From: Mobula hypostoma
Taxonomy: Eukaryota
Direction: 5' to 3'
Assembly (NCBI RefSeq): GCF_963921235.1
Contig: NC_086097.1
Span: forward strand, 103,418,001 to 103,482,000
Length of the DNA stretch: 64,000 nt
Shown: positions 36,735 through 50,543 of the stretch, one piece after another
Position numbering within the stretch: the first letter of the stretch is position 1
How the letters are laid out: the number at the start of each line of letters is the position of its first letter
Notes under the pieces: generated by a model
The model's database searches: none
Seen by the model: the letters and a program-made list of their open reading frames with translations, nothing else
What the model was told of the DNA's origin: nothing
Position numbers and translations under genes: made by a program

Positions 36735-39700
36735 GGTGGTGATCATCCCTGACCGGGTGCATGACATCCTGGTACGAGAGGGAAAGCAACCAGAAGTCCT
36801 GTAGGGACCAACGACATAGGCAGGAAGAGGGATGAGGTCCTGAAGTGTGAGTTTTGGGAACTAGGCAGGAGGCTGAAGAACATGACCTCAAGGGTGGCGT
36901 TCTCAGGATTGCTGCCAGTGCTACGTGACAGTGATGGTAAGAATTGGAGGAGATGGCAGTTGAATGCGTGGCTGAGGAGTTGGTGCAGGGAGCAGGGTTT
37001 TAGATTTTTGGATCATTGGGATCTCTTCTGGGGAAGGTGGGACCTGTACAGATTGGATGGGTTGCACCTGAACCCGAGGGGGAGCAATATCTTTGCAGGT
37101 AGGTTTGCTAGCATGCTTTGGGAGGGTTTAAACTAATTTGCAAGGGGAATGGGACCCGGAGAGATAGAGCAGTGAAAGAAGTGCATGGAGTAAAGCGAGA
37201 TCTAACATATAGAGAGGCTTTGAGGAAAGAGAAGCAGAATAAACGGTGTAAACGTAGTAAGGCAGAAGGGCTGAAGTGTCTGTACCTCAATGCAAGAAGC
37301 ATCAGGAACAAAGATGATGAACTGAGAGCTTGGATACATACATGGAATTATGATGTAGTGGCCATTACAGAGACTTGGCTGGCACCAGGGCAGGAATGGA
37401 TTCTCAATATTCCTGGATTTCAGTGCTTTAAAAGGGATAGAGAGGGCAGAAAAAGGGGAGGAGGGGTGGCATTACTGGTCAAGGATACTATTACAGCTAC
37501 AGAAAGGGTGGGTAATGTAGTAGGATCCTCTTTTGAGTCAGTATGGGTGGAAGTCAGGAACAGGAAGGGAGCAGTTACTCTATTGGGGCTATTCTATAGG
37601 CCCCCTGGTAGCAGCAGAGATACAGAGGAGCAGATTGGGAGGCAGATTTTGGAAAGGTGCAAAAATAACAGGGTTGTTATCATGGGTGACTTTAACTTCC
37701 CTAATATTGATTGGCACCTGATTAGTTCCAAGGGTTCAGATGGGGCAGAGTTTGTTAAGTGTGTCCAGGATGGATTCCTGTCACAGTATGTTGACAGGCC
37801 GACTAGGGGGAATGCCATACTAGATCTTGTACTAGGTAACGAACCGGGTCAGGTCACAGATCTCTTAGTGGGTGAGCATCTGGGGGACAGTGACCACTGC
37901 TCCCTGGCCTTTAGCATTATCATGGAAAAGGATAGAATCAGAGAGGACAGGAAAATTTTTAATTGGGGAAGGGCAAATTATGAGGCTATAAGGCTAGCAC
38001 TTGCGGGTGTGAATTGGGATGATGTTTTTGCAGGGAAATGTACTATGGACATGTGGTCGATGTTTAGAGGTCTCTTGCAGGATGTTAGGGATAAATTTGT
38101 CCCAGTGAGGAAGATAAAGAATGGTAGGGTGAAGGAACCATGGGTGACAAGTGAGGTGGAAAATCTAGTCAGGTGGAAGAAGGCAGCATACATGAGGTTT
38201 AGGAAGCAAGGATCAGATGGGTCTATTGAGGAATATAGGGAAGCAAGAAAGGAGCTTAAGCAGGGGCTGGGAAGAGCAAGAAGGGGGCATGAGAAGTCCT
38301 TGGCGAGTAGGGTAAAGGAAAACCCCAAGGCATTCTTCAATTATGTGAAGAAAAAAAAGATGACAGGAGTGAAGGTAGAACCAATTACAGATAAAGGTGG
38401 GAAGATGTGCCTGGAGGCTGTGGAAGTGAGCGAGGTGCTCAATGAATACTTCTCTTCGGTATTCACAAATGAGAGGGAACTTGATGGTGAGGACAACATG
38501 AGTGAGGTTGATGTTCTGGAGCATGTTGATATTAAGGGAGAGGAGGTGTTGGAATTGTTAAAATACATTAGGACGGATAAGTCCCCGGGGCCTGATGGAA
38601 TATTCCCCAGGCTGCTTCATGAGGTGAGGGAAGAGATTGCTGAGCCTCTGGCTAGGATCTTTATGTCCTCGTTGTCCACGGGAATGGTACCGGAGGATTG
38701 GAGGGAGGCGAATGTTGTCCCCTTGTTCAAAAAAGGTAGTAGGGATAGTCTGGGTAATTATAGACTAGTAAGCCTTACGTTTGTGATGGGAAAGCTGTTG
38801 GAAAAGATTCTTAGAGATAGGATCTCTGGGCATTTAGAGAATCATGGTCTGATCAGGGACAGTCACATGGCTTTGTGAAGGGCAGATCGTGTCTAACAAG
38901 CCTGATAGAGTTCTCTGAGGAGGTGACTAGTCATATAGATGAGGGTAGTGCAGTGGATGTGATCTATATGGATTTTAGTAAGGCATTTGACAAGGTTCCA
39001 CATGGTAGGCTTATTCAGAAAGTCAGAAGGCATGGGATCCAGGGAAGTTTGGCCAGGTGGATTCAGAATTGGCTTGCCTGCAAGAAGGCAGAGGGTGGTG
39101 GTGGAGGGAGTACATTCAGATTGGAGGATTGTGACTAGTGTTGTCCCACAAGGATCTGTTCTGGGACCTCTACTTTTCCTGATTTTTATTAACAACCTGG
39201 ATGTGGGGGTAGAAGGGTGGGTTGGCAAGTTTGCAGACAACATAAAGGTTGGTGGTGTTTTAGAAAGTGTAGAGGATTGTCAAAGATTGCAGAGAGACGT
39301 TGATAGGATGCAGAAGTGGTTTGAGAAGTGGCAAATGGAGTTCAACCCGGAGAAGTGTGAGGTGGTACACTTTGGAAGGGCAAACTCCAAGGCAGAGTAC
39401 AAAGGCAGGATACTTGGTAGTGTGGAGGAGCAGAGGGATCTCGGGGTACATGTCCACAGATCCTTGAAAGTTGCCTCACAGGTGGATAGGGTAGTTAAGA
39501 AAGCTTATGGGGTGTGAGCTTTCATAAGTCGAGGGATAGAGTTTAAGAGTCGCGATGTAATGATGCAGCTCTATAAAACTTTGGTTAGGCCACACTTGGA
39601 GTACTGTGTCTAGTTCTGGTCGCCTCACTATAGGAAGGATGTGGAAGCATTGGAAAGGGTACAGAGGAGATTTTCCAGGATGCTGCCTGGTTTAGAGAGT

Positions 39701-40113
39701 TTGCATTATGATCAGAGATTAAGGGAGCTAGGGCTTTACTCTTTGGAGAGAAGGAGGATGAGAGGAGACGTGATAGAGGTGTACAAGATATTAAGAGGAA
39801 TAGATAGAATGGATAGCCAGCGCCTCTTCCCCAGGGCACCACTGCTCAATACAAGAGGACATGGCTTTAAGGTAAGGGGTGGGAAGTTCAAGGGGGATAT
39901 TAGAGGAAGGTTTTTTACTCAGAGAGTGGTTGGTGCGTGGAATGCACTGCCTGAGTCAGTGGTGGAGGCAGATACACTAGTGAAGTTTAAGAGACTACTA
40001 GACAGATATATGGAGGAATTTAAGGTGGGGGCTTATATGGGAGGCAGAGTTTGAGGGTCAGCGCAACATTGTGGGCCGAAGGGCCTGTACTGTGCTGTAC
40101 TGTTCTATGTTTC
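36735..40113 (+). mobile_element. Relatively young CR1 LINE (end of ORF1 + nearly complete ORF2, few disruptions)
   Basis: 586-aa open EN-tether-RT frame 37118-38878, continued in shifted frames to 40054; esterase-like end DGLHLN; ctatgtttc tail. Confidence 0.95.
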
Positions 40114-40114
40114 C

Positions 40115-40603
40115 TAAGACGTTGGCTCCTGTGGATGTGTAGATGTATGGGAGGAATTATCCTGTCCACCTCAAGGTTCGACATGCTCTGCTGCACATTA
40201 CTGTTGTAACGCATGGTTATTTGAGTTACTTTTGCCTTCCTGTCAGATTGAACCAGTCTCGCCATTCTCCTGTGACCCCTGTCTCAGAACTGCCACTCAT
40301 TGGAGATGCTTTTTGTTTTTCGCACCATTTTCTGTAAACTCTAGGGACTTGTGTGCAAACCCCAGAGGATCAGCAGTTTCTGAGATACTCAAGCCACCCT
40401 GTCTGTACCAACAATCTTTCCACAGTCAAAGTCACTTGAATCACATTTCTCCCTCCCTTATTGTGATGTTTAGTCTGAATAACAACTGAACCTCTTGATA
40501 TGTTTGCATACTTTTATGCATTGAGTAGCTACCACATGATTGATTAGATATACTGTATTAATGAACAGGCATACAGGTGTACCTAATAAAATGACACCTG
40601 AGC
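40115..40603. mobile_element. Tc1/mariner-like non-autonomous element, left end missing
   Basis: Right end CAGGTGTACCTAATAAAATGACACCTGAG resembles recalled fish Tc1 TIRs; no partner TIR found. Confidence 0.5.
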
Positions 40604-41352
40604 ACATCTGGGTTTAACTGCAGATGCTAGGATCTTTAGTACGGAGAGATCAGACATCAGTGAAAATATTAGAACTGGAGAAGTGAGAAAACGGGAAGGT
40701 AAACATGCTAGGTCTCTCTCACTATCCCGTGTTTCACTCTGCACGATAGTGTACCCCTAGTGTATGGGTGATGTAGAAGAAGATGTACTGTTTGTGTTTT
40801 TAACTCCCCAGGTTGCTGACATCCTCATTTTTGTGGATCTTATTCCCACTGAGACCTGAACATTATCATACAGTGGGTATTATGTACTTAATGAAGTTGG
40901 GTATCATTTGGTTATGGAAACTGAGTGGGGGAACTGTGCAGGAATGAAAAATCCTCCAAAATTTCTTCCTTTGTTAAATTAGGAATTGGAAATCCAGCTC
41001 TGTTAGGGACAAAAGCTGTTCTCCATCATCAGTTTTTGATTAGATTCACTGGCTTAAACTCAAAGCATGAGATTCACAGAAGAGATTGTGAAACATTTTG
41101 AGGACCATGGGGCTGCTGGGAAAATTAGAATGGCCAGCAGTTGTATTTCACCGCTGCTGCCCACTCTAATTTTCCCAGCAGTTCCATGGCCCTCAAAAAT
41201 ATTCACAATTGCAGGTTGTGACTTGCTGGGCCAAAGTCTAAGGATCACAAGACTTTGTCCGAACAGATAAAAACCTGAGCTTTGACCTTTAATATGATTT
41301 CTTTTCTGGTGTCTGTAGCAGCCCAATGCCTAATCATTTGTTCTTTCCATAG

Positions 41353-41460
41353 GAGCTGCTGAGTATTACACTGGGTCCCAGGCACAGTGATGAAACAGTG
41401 GCCCACAAGGAACTTGATAGTTTATTAAGAAGATTAAGGCAGACATTGAGATGTGGACAG
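41353..41460 (+). CDS. CDAN1: Codanin-1 exon
   Basis: tccatag|GAG...ACAG|gtggga; 108 bp, phase 0/0; ELLSITLGPRHSDETVAHKELDSLLRRLRQTLRCGQ vs human DVLSLAVGPRDPDE...LGQTLRCRQ. Confidence 0.94.
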
Positions 41461-42517
41461 GTGGGAACTTTATTTGATCAGATGTACTCCTCAGAATCTT
41501 TTAGATTCACAGTGAATAAATTACTTTTGCTAAAGTTGCTGCAAGAAATACAGATGTTGACATGTTCTCTCAAGAGAAGAGAGAAGCATAACCTGTTCTA
41601 TTCCCGGCCAGTTTTGGTGTCATTGCATGGAGAAAGGCGCTTTGTGATTTCTTAAGAGTAGGATTGTACCTGGTCTGCACAATCCTCAGAAAGGAGAATA
41701 TGTGCAGAACAGAATTGGTCAAGATGGTCTTTAAGATGTATCCACTTGTTGGGCAATGTTTCAGGTCACTGAACTTTCATCAAAACTGTGTTCGAAGTTG
41801 AGTGTGTGTGGGCAATGGATAAATATTAAGAGAAAAATGTGGGAATATTGAGGAACAAAAACGCAGTAGCTGTTAAAATTCCATCGTAGGAAAATGCTGG
41901 AAAAAAAACTAGCAGGTTTGTTAGCTTCCAAGGAGAGAGAACAGTTAATTTTACAAATCAATGACTTCATCAATGCTGATCTGAAATTGTGAATTTTACA
42001 TTGAGTTTTGAAGGCTGTGACATGCTTTGCTGGAAAATGAGGTGCTGTTCTTTGAGCTTATGTTGTGTTTCTTTGGAATAAAATAAGACACTAAGGACAG
42101 AAATCAAAGTGAGAATGAGGCAGAGACTTAGAGACAGGTGACTGGAATCCTGGAGATGCCTTTGCTGAATGAATGGAGGTGTTTTTCTGAAAGCTGGTCA
42201 CTCAATCAGCTTGGGTTTCCTTGATGTAGAGGAGACCACGTTATGATCACTGGTTGGTAGGAAAGGACAAGGCAAAAGGTCAATTGTTGCATCCCTGTGG
42301 TTGCATAGGAAGGTCCTATAAAATAATAGGAGTGGGTCTAGGTGGAGATGAAAGAGGTTGCAATGGACTCTTCACATTGCTAAGGAAAGGGTACTTTTTC
42401 ACTCAGTGGTTGGAATCTGGAACACATTTCTGAGAAGGTGGTGGGAACAGTGACTCAACATACAATAAGTATCTGGGTATGCACTTGAATAGTTGAGGCA
42501 TTTAAGACTATGGACTA

Positions 42518-43540
42518 CACACAAAATGTTGGAGGAACTCAGCAGGCCAGGTGGCATTATGGAAAAAAGTACAGTTGATGTTTTGGGCTGAGATCCTTCG
42601 GCAGGACTGGAGAAAACGAGTAGATTTAAAAGATGGGGGAGGGGAGAAACACAAGGTGATAGGTGAAACTGGGAGGGGGAGGGATGAAGTAAATAGCTGC
42701 CCTCAACCACATCTCTTCCACTTCATGCATGTCTACTGCCACCCCACCAGCCTCCATGTCCAGTACGTAATTCTCCGGAACTTCGCCCACCTCCAGTGGG
42801 TCCCATCACCAAGCACATCTTTCCCTCCACCCACTTACTGCTTTCCGCGGGGATCGCTCCTGAAGCAACTCCCTTTTCTATTCGTCCCTCCCCACTGAGC
42901 TCCCTTCTGCAAGCAGAGCAAATGCTTCACCTGCCCACCCTCAGTACCATTCAAGTCTTTCCAGGTGAGGTGACACTTCACCTGTGAGTCTGTTGGGTTC
43001 ATTTACTGTGTCCGGTGCTGCCGGCGTGGCCTCCTGTATATCAGTGAAACCCGACGTAGATTCTGTCTGGGTAGCCTCCAACCTAATGGCATGAACATTG
43101 ATTTCTCAGACTTCTGGTAATGGCCCCCTACCTTCTCCTTCACCATTCCCCATCCCCTTTTCCCTCTCTCACCTTATCTTCTTGCCTGACCATCACCTCC
43201 CTCTGGTGTTCCTCCCCCTTTTCTTTCTTCCGTGGCCTTCTATCCCCACCTATCGGACTATCCCCTTCTCCAGCTCTGTACCTCTTTCACCATTCAACTT
43301 CCCATTTATTTCCTTCATCCCTCCCCTCCCGGTTTCACCTCTCACTTTGTGCTTCTCTCTTCCCTCCCCCACCTTTTAAGTTCTACTCCTCATCTTTTTT
43401 TCTCCAGTCCTGCCGAAGGGTCTCGGCCTGAACCATCAGTTGCACCTTTTTCCATAGATGCTGCCTAGCTTGTTGAGTTCCTCCAACATCTTGTGAGTGT
43501 TGCTTGGATTTCCAGCATCTGCAGATTCTCTCATTTGTGA
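42518..43540 (+). mobile_element. Older Penelope-like element inserted in a CR1 3' end
   Basis: 15-bp TSD TAAGA(C/T)TATGGACTA (42503-42517, 43541-43555); same inverted-repeat/body/repeat layout as 17848-19224; decayed hammerheads. Confidence 0.85.
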
Positions 43541-44387
43541 TAAGATTATGGACTAATTGCTGAAAATGGGATTATGGTAGATGGGCACTTGATGGTCAAC
43601 GTGGATATAGTAGGCCAAAAGGCCTGTCTGTATGTTGTGTGACTCTGAACATCAAGGTAGGTGAGGTTGAAGGGTAATCCTATCCTTATTTTGAATGAGA
43701 GGGGAAGGGGCAAAAGGACTTGTTGGGGTTTCAGGTCATGTAGATTGGAGAAGTTTGTTTTTCACTCTGCTCTTGTTCTTCTATCCAATACACCTCCTCC
43801 AGACAAATAAACTGGATTAACAAACCTATCCCCTCTCAGCCAGTACCACCACCACTTGTGCCATCCACTCTCTCTTGGTCTCCAACTATTCAGACATTCC
43901 CTTTCTTTGCTCCATTCAGCTACAGTTTAAAACCTGTTTCTTTCTAACTTTTGCTGCTTTTGATGAAAGGTTAAAGACCTGAAATGTTGACCTGAAACTC
44001 TGTTTCTCTCTCATAGATGCTGTCTGACCTGCTGAGTTCTGTTATTGTTCACTAAGCTGTTCACTAATAAATCCAAGAAGGAAAATGGAGAGTGATTTGA
44101 AGGTGGAGCTTACAATGAAAGCAATCGGTTGAGACAAATAGTGTAGATACATTTAAGGAGAATGTAGATAGCACAAGACAAAGGAATGCAGGAGGCCTGT
44201 GATGGGATTGGGAAGAGAATAGATGGTATGTGCAGAGTGGGATTAAAATTACTGGTGGGACCACTTGCTCGTAAGACCTATTTTGGGGAACCTCCAAATG
44301 GCTTCATGAACTAAGTTCATCTCTCTTTTTGGAAACTCAGTAATTAAGAGGTGGCACTTGTGATTTATTGCAGCCTTTTTCTTACAG

Positions 44388-44451
44388 TATATCTGTCCAG
44401 TAATTGAACAGGCCCTTGCAAGGTACACTGTGGAGCTTGCTTCTCTATTAG
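44388..44451 (+). CDS. CDAN1: Codanin-1 exon
   Basis: cttacag|TAT...TTAG|gtaaga; 64 bp, phase 0/1; YICPVIEQALARYTVELASLL vs human [21 protein letters not shown]. Confidence 0.94.
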
Positions 44452-45084
44452 GTAAGAAATTGGAATAACTGACTGGCTTTATTTTCTTCCGGTATCCTAT
44501 ATTTCTTCTGCCTCTTAGATGTAAAATTCTGATGTGAAAAATGTAGTTTATAAATTGCAGTGACTGCAGTTAATGTTCTTACTGATATTAGTATTTAAGA
44601 TTGAGGTCTAAATGTATTTATATGATTTTTCTAGTGAAGCAAATGACCTGTAACTAAAGATAGACTTGTTGAGAAAGTGCTTATAGCACTCATGGGACAT
44701 TTCAGCCATCAAATACCCCGCATTTGGATAACAAATGTGATAGTCAATCTACAATGGAACCCACAAAGAAAAAGTTTTCAAAGTGATTTAAATATTTTGG
44801 AAGTTCACTGGAAATCTCCTTCTACTTCTCTTTTCAATTGCACTTTGTGTTGATTTGTATCTTCCCAAGGCAAATGCAGCATTGGGTTAAAGTTTTAGTT
44901 GAAAGAGACTGGAGGAGGTAAGTGGCAGCCTGGGTGAACTGTTCAAGCCCTGGCCTGGGGAATGAACCCATGATTTGGCTGTGATATGATAACACAAGCA
45001 TGCACGATGACTGAAGTTGTTCTCAGTCATGAAGGTTTTTATTGTGCTTTTCATTCGACCATATGTCCATAAGACATAGAAGCA

Positions 45085-46037
45085 AAAAGGACAGGTTGCA
45101 CTTGAATCCCAGGTGGACCAGTATCCTGGTGAGGAGGTTTACTAAGGCTATTGGGGAGAGTTTAAACTAGGATTGCTGGGGGGTGGGAACGAAACTGAAG
45201 AGACTGAGGAAGGGGCGGTTGGCTCACAAATAAAGAAAGCTTGGAGACAGTGTAAGAGGGAGGGATAGGCTGGTGATAGAGAAGGGATGCGCTCAGACCG
45301 ATGGTTTAAGATGTGTCTATTTTAATGCAAGGAGTATTATGAATAAGTGTTGGAGCATGGCCAAGTGGTTAAGGCGTTCGTCTAGTGATTTGAAGGTCAC
45401 TAGTTCGAGCCTTGACTGAGACAGTGTGTGTGTCCTTGAGCAAGGCACTTAACCACACATTGCCCTGCGACAAACCGGTGCCAAGCTGTATGGGTCCTAA
45501 TACCCTTCCCTTGGACATCATCGGTGGCATGGAGAGGGGAGACTTGCAGCATGGGCAACTGCTGGTCTTCCATACAATATCGCCCAGGCCTGCGCCCTGG
45601 AAACTTTCCAAGGCGCAAATCCATGGTCTCATGAGACTAACAGATGCCTATAATTATGAACAAAGCCGAGGAGCTTAAGGACGTGGGTAAGTACTTGGAG
45701 CTATGATATTGTGGCCATTACAGAGACTGGGATGGCTCAGGGGCAAGAATGGTTACTTTGAGTGCCAGGCTTTAGACGTTTCAGAAAGGACAAAGAGGGA
45801 GGCAAAAGAGGTGGGGACGTGGTACTGTTGATCAGAGGTAGTGTCACGGCCATAGAAAAGGAGGAAGACATGGAGGGATTGTCTGCAGAGTCTCTGTGGG
45901 TGGAAGTTAGGAACAGGATGGGGTCAATAACACTACTGGGTGTTTTTTTATTGACCACCCAATAGTAACAGGGACGTCAAGGAGCATGTAGGGAGACAGA
46001 TTCTGGAAAGGCGTATTAATAACAGGGTTGTCGTGAT
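45085..46037 (+). mobile_element. CR1 ORF1-end/endonuclease fragment interrupted by a SINE
   Basis: LRCVYFNARSIMN before the SINE; PGFRRFRKDKEGGKRGG after it. Confidence 0.8.
45347..45652 (+). mobile_element. tRNA-derived SINE
   Basis: A box TGGCCAAGTGG and B box AGTTCGAGCC; body GTGTCCTTGAGCAAGGCACTTAAC; 11-bp TSD ATTATGAA(T/C)AA (45336-45346, 45653-45663). Confidence 0.85.
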
Positions 46038-46044
46038 TCAAAAA

Positions 46045-48435
46045 AATTTTTTTTTCGCTCAGCATAACAAAACTTTTAATTTACAGATACATTTACATTT
46101 CTTCCCCTCACAGATATCAGCTATCAGAACAATTCCGTCAAAATATAGGCATCACCACCACATCCTATACAAAAGCCCTTATTAGTATAGCAGACAGGTT
46201 TACATCTACATACTGCAGAAAAGGTTGCCATGTTTTATGAAAACTATTTGTTTTTGAGTGTACCATACATGTCAAAAAGTCCAAAGGAATGTACTCCATG
46301 ATTAATTTACGCCAACCAGGAAGTCCAGGGGCCTTATCGGATATCCAACAAAGTGAAATGTTCTTCCCCGCACGAAAGGTCAGGATGTTAAAAAGTTTTT
46401 TCTGATGTGCATTAATAATACGACTGCTGGGTAAGCCTAAAGGCTGATTTATACTTGGGCGTATTAGCTTACGCCGCAGCCTACGCAAGTGGGCTACGCC
46501 ATTGTGAGCATTTATACTTGTGCGTTGGTGTGTCTGCGTCACTCTGCAATTCACCGCCAAAACGCGAGTTGGCGGTGGGGTTTCTATGCTACTGTGTTCA
46601 GTTTCTTCGAAGAAACTCAAACTTCAAACAATGGCGACTGAAACTGAAGGAGGGTGAATTTTCTGTGCTTGTCCGGCCACTGAGAGACATGGACGAGGAA
46701 ATGTATTTCAAATATTTTCTGATGTCGGCAGGTAGATTTGACGATTTGGTTCATTGTCTCCAACCATTTATTTCGCATCCATGTACGCACAGTATACGCA
46801 GAGACTGGCAATCACCATTCGAGTTTTAGCTTCAGCTGGAAGTCAACAGACTGTAGCAGCTGGCCACAGACTAGCGTCAAGCACAGGGTCCTCCATAATT
46901 TTGAAGGTCTGTAGAGCTTTATGGAAAGCATTACAGCCAGAGTTCCTTCAGTCACCCAATGGCAAGCTATTGCAGCGTAGGAGGAAATGCGATGCTACCA
47001 AGCGGACCAATCACAGTTGTTGCGGTCTGCAACGCCACGACGTGTAGTTACATTTTAGGAGAGGTGCACGTTAGGCTATGGTGTAGGGTTCAGCGTAGGG
47101 TTCGCGGCTACGCCGTACTTATGGCGTACATTTGACGCACAAGTATAAATCAGCCTTAACAGAAAAGACACTGGGTCCAGTTCAAACTCCATCTTCAGAA
47201 TCTTTAACATTTCACCCAAAATATCACTCCAGTATGCCTGAAGCTTGGGACAAGTCCAAAAACAGTGGGTGAAAGTTCCAGTATTTACGTTTAGAACACA
47301 TTGGAGAAACCCCTGTCTTAAATTTCGAGAGACAATCTGGAGTCAGATGAGCTCTATGCAGAATTTTGAGTTGCAGTGCTTTAGTTCTGTTACAAATTGA
47401 AATTTTCTGCATTATCACAGATGTCTTCCCATGTTTTAGCTGTAATTTCTACTCCCAGCTCTTCCTCCCAGACCCTTCCCAGCTGCTCAGCCTCTCCACA
47501 AGAACATTCCCTCAGGATGCTGTAAAAAGTACTAATGGAGACCACCCTTAGAACAAAACACCTTCTTTTCTATGTCAGAGCTATAGAAATCAGTTAACAA
47601 TGATGTTTTTTTTCTGTATATAATCTCTCATCTGAAAGAAACAATAAAGATCCTTGTTGGGTATATTAAATTTCTGTACTATTTGACTAAAAGACATCAT
47701 CGTTCCTTCATCAAACAAATCTCCTAGATGGAAAATACCCTTAGAAATCCAAAGTTTAAATCCAGAATCCATTATGCCAGGCTGAAAATCTGGACTGCCG
47801 GTTATTGGAGTAAGGGTGATATTTTCGCTGCCTTGCCCTCAATTTGTTGCACCGCCCTCCAAGCCCAGACTGTATTAATTGTTATTGGATTGCGACAATA
47901 TTCCTTAACTAGTTTCACCTTATTGAGGAAAAGCAAATTAATAAGAGGGCATTTTGCTTGTGAAGCTTCAATGTCTAGCCAAATTGAGGAGGGGTCCTTG
48001 CAAACCCAGTCAACCATATAAGATAAAAAGGAACTTAATTGATATTTTTTGATGTCTGGAAAATCCAGACCCCCTAGACTACTGGGAAGCTGTAATTTAG
48101 ACATTTTAATACAGGGTCTTTTTTTTGTTCCAGGTGAAAGAAACAAACCAGCCATTTATTTTTCCTTAAGTATTGTTGGGTAAAAATGACTGGAATCACT
48201 CCTATTGGGTAGAGCAGACGAGGAAGAATGTTCATTTTGAGCAAGGATATTCGGCCAAGCCAAGAAATGGGAAGAGTGCTCCATCACTCAAGATCCTGTT
48301 TAATTTTGTCAAATAACTGTGTAAAGTTAACTTTGAACAATTGATCAAACGTAGGTGTAATAAATATGCCTAAGTAAACAAAACCTGTCTGCGACCATTT
48401 AAAGGGGAAAACACCAAGTGTCAGGTACCTGCTGC
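46045..48435 (-). mobile_element. L1/Tx1-clade LINE ORF2 3' part
   Basis: LGGLDFPDIKKY, LQLKILHRAHLTP, Cys-rich C-terminus; T-run (minus-strand poly-A) near 46047. Confidence 0.75.
46441..47156 (+). mobile_element. Non-autonomous PIF/Harbinger element inserted in the L1
   Basis: 3-bp TSD TAA; 22-bp TIR AGGCTGATTTATACTTG(G/T)GCGT; transposase N-terminal remnant [16 protein letters not shown]...[11 protein letters not shown]. Confidence 0.92.
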
Positions 48436-48444
48436 AGATTGGGT

Positions 48445-49398
48445 TGTCGTGATTTTTATAAATGACCTGGATGAAGAAGTGGATGATAAGTTAGTAAATT
48501 TGTTGATGACACAAAGGTTGGGGGTGTTGTGGATAGTGTGGAGGGCTGTCAGAGGTTACAGTGGGACATTGATAGGATGCAAAACTGGGCTGAGAAGTGG
48601 CAGATGGAGTTCAACCCAGATAAGTGTGAGGTGGTTCATTTTGGTAGGTGAAATATGATAACAGAATATAGTATCAATGGTAAGATTCTTGGTAGTGTGG
48701 AAGATCAGAGGGATCTTGGGGATCAAGTCCATAAGACACTCAAGGTTGCTACGCAAGTTGACTGTGGTTAAGAAAGCATTTGGCGCATTGGCCTTCATCA
48801 ATCGTAGTATTGAGTTTAGGAGCCGAGAGGTAATGTTACAGCTATATAGGACCCTGGTCAGACCCCACTTGGAGTACTGTGCTCATTTCTGGTCGCCTCA
48901 CTATAGGAAGGATGTGGAAACCATAGAAAAGGTGCAGAGGAGATTTACAGGGATGTTGCCTGGATTGGGGAGCATGCCTTATGAGAATAGGTTGAGTGAA
49001 CTCGGCCACTTTTCCTTGGAGCGACGGAGGATGAGAGGTGACCTGATAGAGGTGTATAAGATGATGAGAGGCATTGATCATGTAGATAGTCAGAGGCTTT
49101 TTCCTAGGGCTGAAATAGCTAGCACAAGAGGGCACAGCTTTAAGGTGCTTGGAAGTAGGTACAGAGAAGATATCAGGGGTAAGCTTTTTTTAATACCGAG
49201 TGTGGTGAGTGTGTGGAATGGGCTGCTGGCGACGGTGGTGGGTACGATAGGGTCTTTTAAGAGACTCCTGGATAGGTATTTGGAGCTCAGAAAAATAGAG
49301 GTCTATGGGTAACCTTAGGTAATTTCTCAGGTAAGGACATGTTCGGCACAGCTTTGTGGGCCGAAGGGTCTGTATTATGCTGTAGGTTTTCTGTTTCT
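48445..49398 (+). mobile_element. CR1 RT to 3' end
   Basis: [20 protein letters not shown]; same family as 31758-36450. Confidence 0.9.
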
Positions 49399-49399
49399 A

Positions 49400-50390
49400 T
49401 GAGCAGAATTAGGCCATTCAGCCCCTTGAGTCTGCTCAGCCATTTGATCATGTCTGATTTTTTATCCCTCTCAACCCATTGTCCTGCCTTCTCCCTGTAA
49501 CCTTTGACAACCTTACTAATCACGAACCTATCACCCTCAGTTTTAAATATCCCCATTGACCTTGCTTCCATAGCCATCTGTGGCAATGAATTCTACAGAT
49601 TCACAACCCTCTGGCTGAAGAAATTCTTCCCCATCTCTGTTCTGAAGGGATGTCCTTCTGGTCTTAGACTCCCTCCCTATTGGAAACATCCTCACTGTGT
49701 CTGCTCTATTTAGGCCTTTCAGTTTTCGATACACGTTAATGAGATTGCCCCTCATTCTTCTAAACTCCAGTGAGTATAGGCCCAGAACCATCTAACACTC
49801 CTCATATGTTAAACTTTTCATTCCTGGGATCATTATTGTGAACCTTCTCTGAACCCTCTCCAAAGACAATGCATCCTTTATTAGATAAGGGGCCCAAAAC
49901 TGCTCACTATACTCCAACTGTGGTCTGATTAATGACTTACGAAGCCTCAGCATTATATCCTTGTTTTATATTTCAGTCCTCTGAAATTAATGCTAAAATT
50001 GCACTGGCCTTTCTTACTACCAACTTAACCTGCAAGTCAGCCTGGAAATCCTGCCTGAGGACTCCCAAGTTCTTTTATTTCTGAATTTGTTCCCCATTTA
50101 GAAAACAGTTTATGCTTTTATTCTTCCTACCAAAGTAAATGACTGTATATTTACCTGCACTTTATTCTATCTGCCGCTTTTTTGCTCATTCTCTAATTCC
50201 TTCTGCAGACTCCCCGTTTCCTCAACATTGTGTGCCCTTCCACCTAGCTTTGTGTCATAAATAAACTTGGCCCCAAAGCCATTAATTGCTTCATCCAGAT
50301 CATTGATGTGTAATGTGAAAAGAAGCAGTTGGAACACCAAACCCTGCATAACACCACTAGTTACTGTTGCCAACCAGAAAAGACCCCTTT
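49400..50390 (-). mobile_element. CR1 RT to 3' end, degenerate
   Basis: LGLYSLEFRRMRG; INDLDEAINGF. Confidence 0.8.
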
Positions 50391-50543
50391 TTTTGAACCA
50401 GAGTTTACTTTCTACTCCATGTGTTTAAACCCTATTTGTGAGGCTAATAATAAATAGAGGGTTCTCTTATTCACAGATGAAATCTTTCCCTTTGTTTCAA
50501 GAAATGTATAACATCCGTGCTTGAGTTTTCTCTCTCTTTGCAG

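Noticed and set aside
37118..38878. 586-aa ORF as a host or domesticated gene
   Set aside because: It is ordinary CR1 ORF2; the RT is broken by frameshifts and stops downstream, and related copies fill the window.
45347..45420. tRNA gene
   Set aside because: A and B boxes are present but there is no clear acceptor stem; it runs into a SINE body bounded by a TSD.
46441..47156. Domesticated HARBI1-like gene
   Set aside because: Frameshifted N-terminal remnant lacking the catalytic domain, bounded by TIRs and a TAA TSD.
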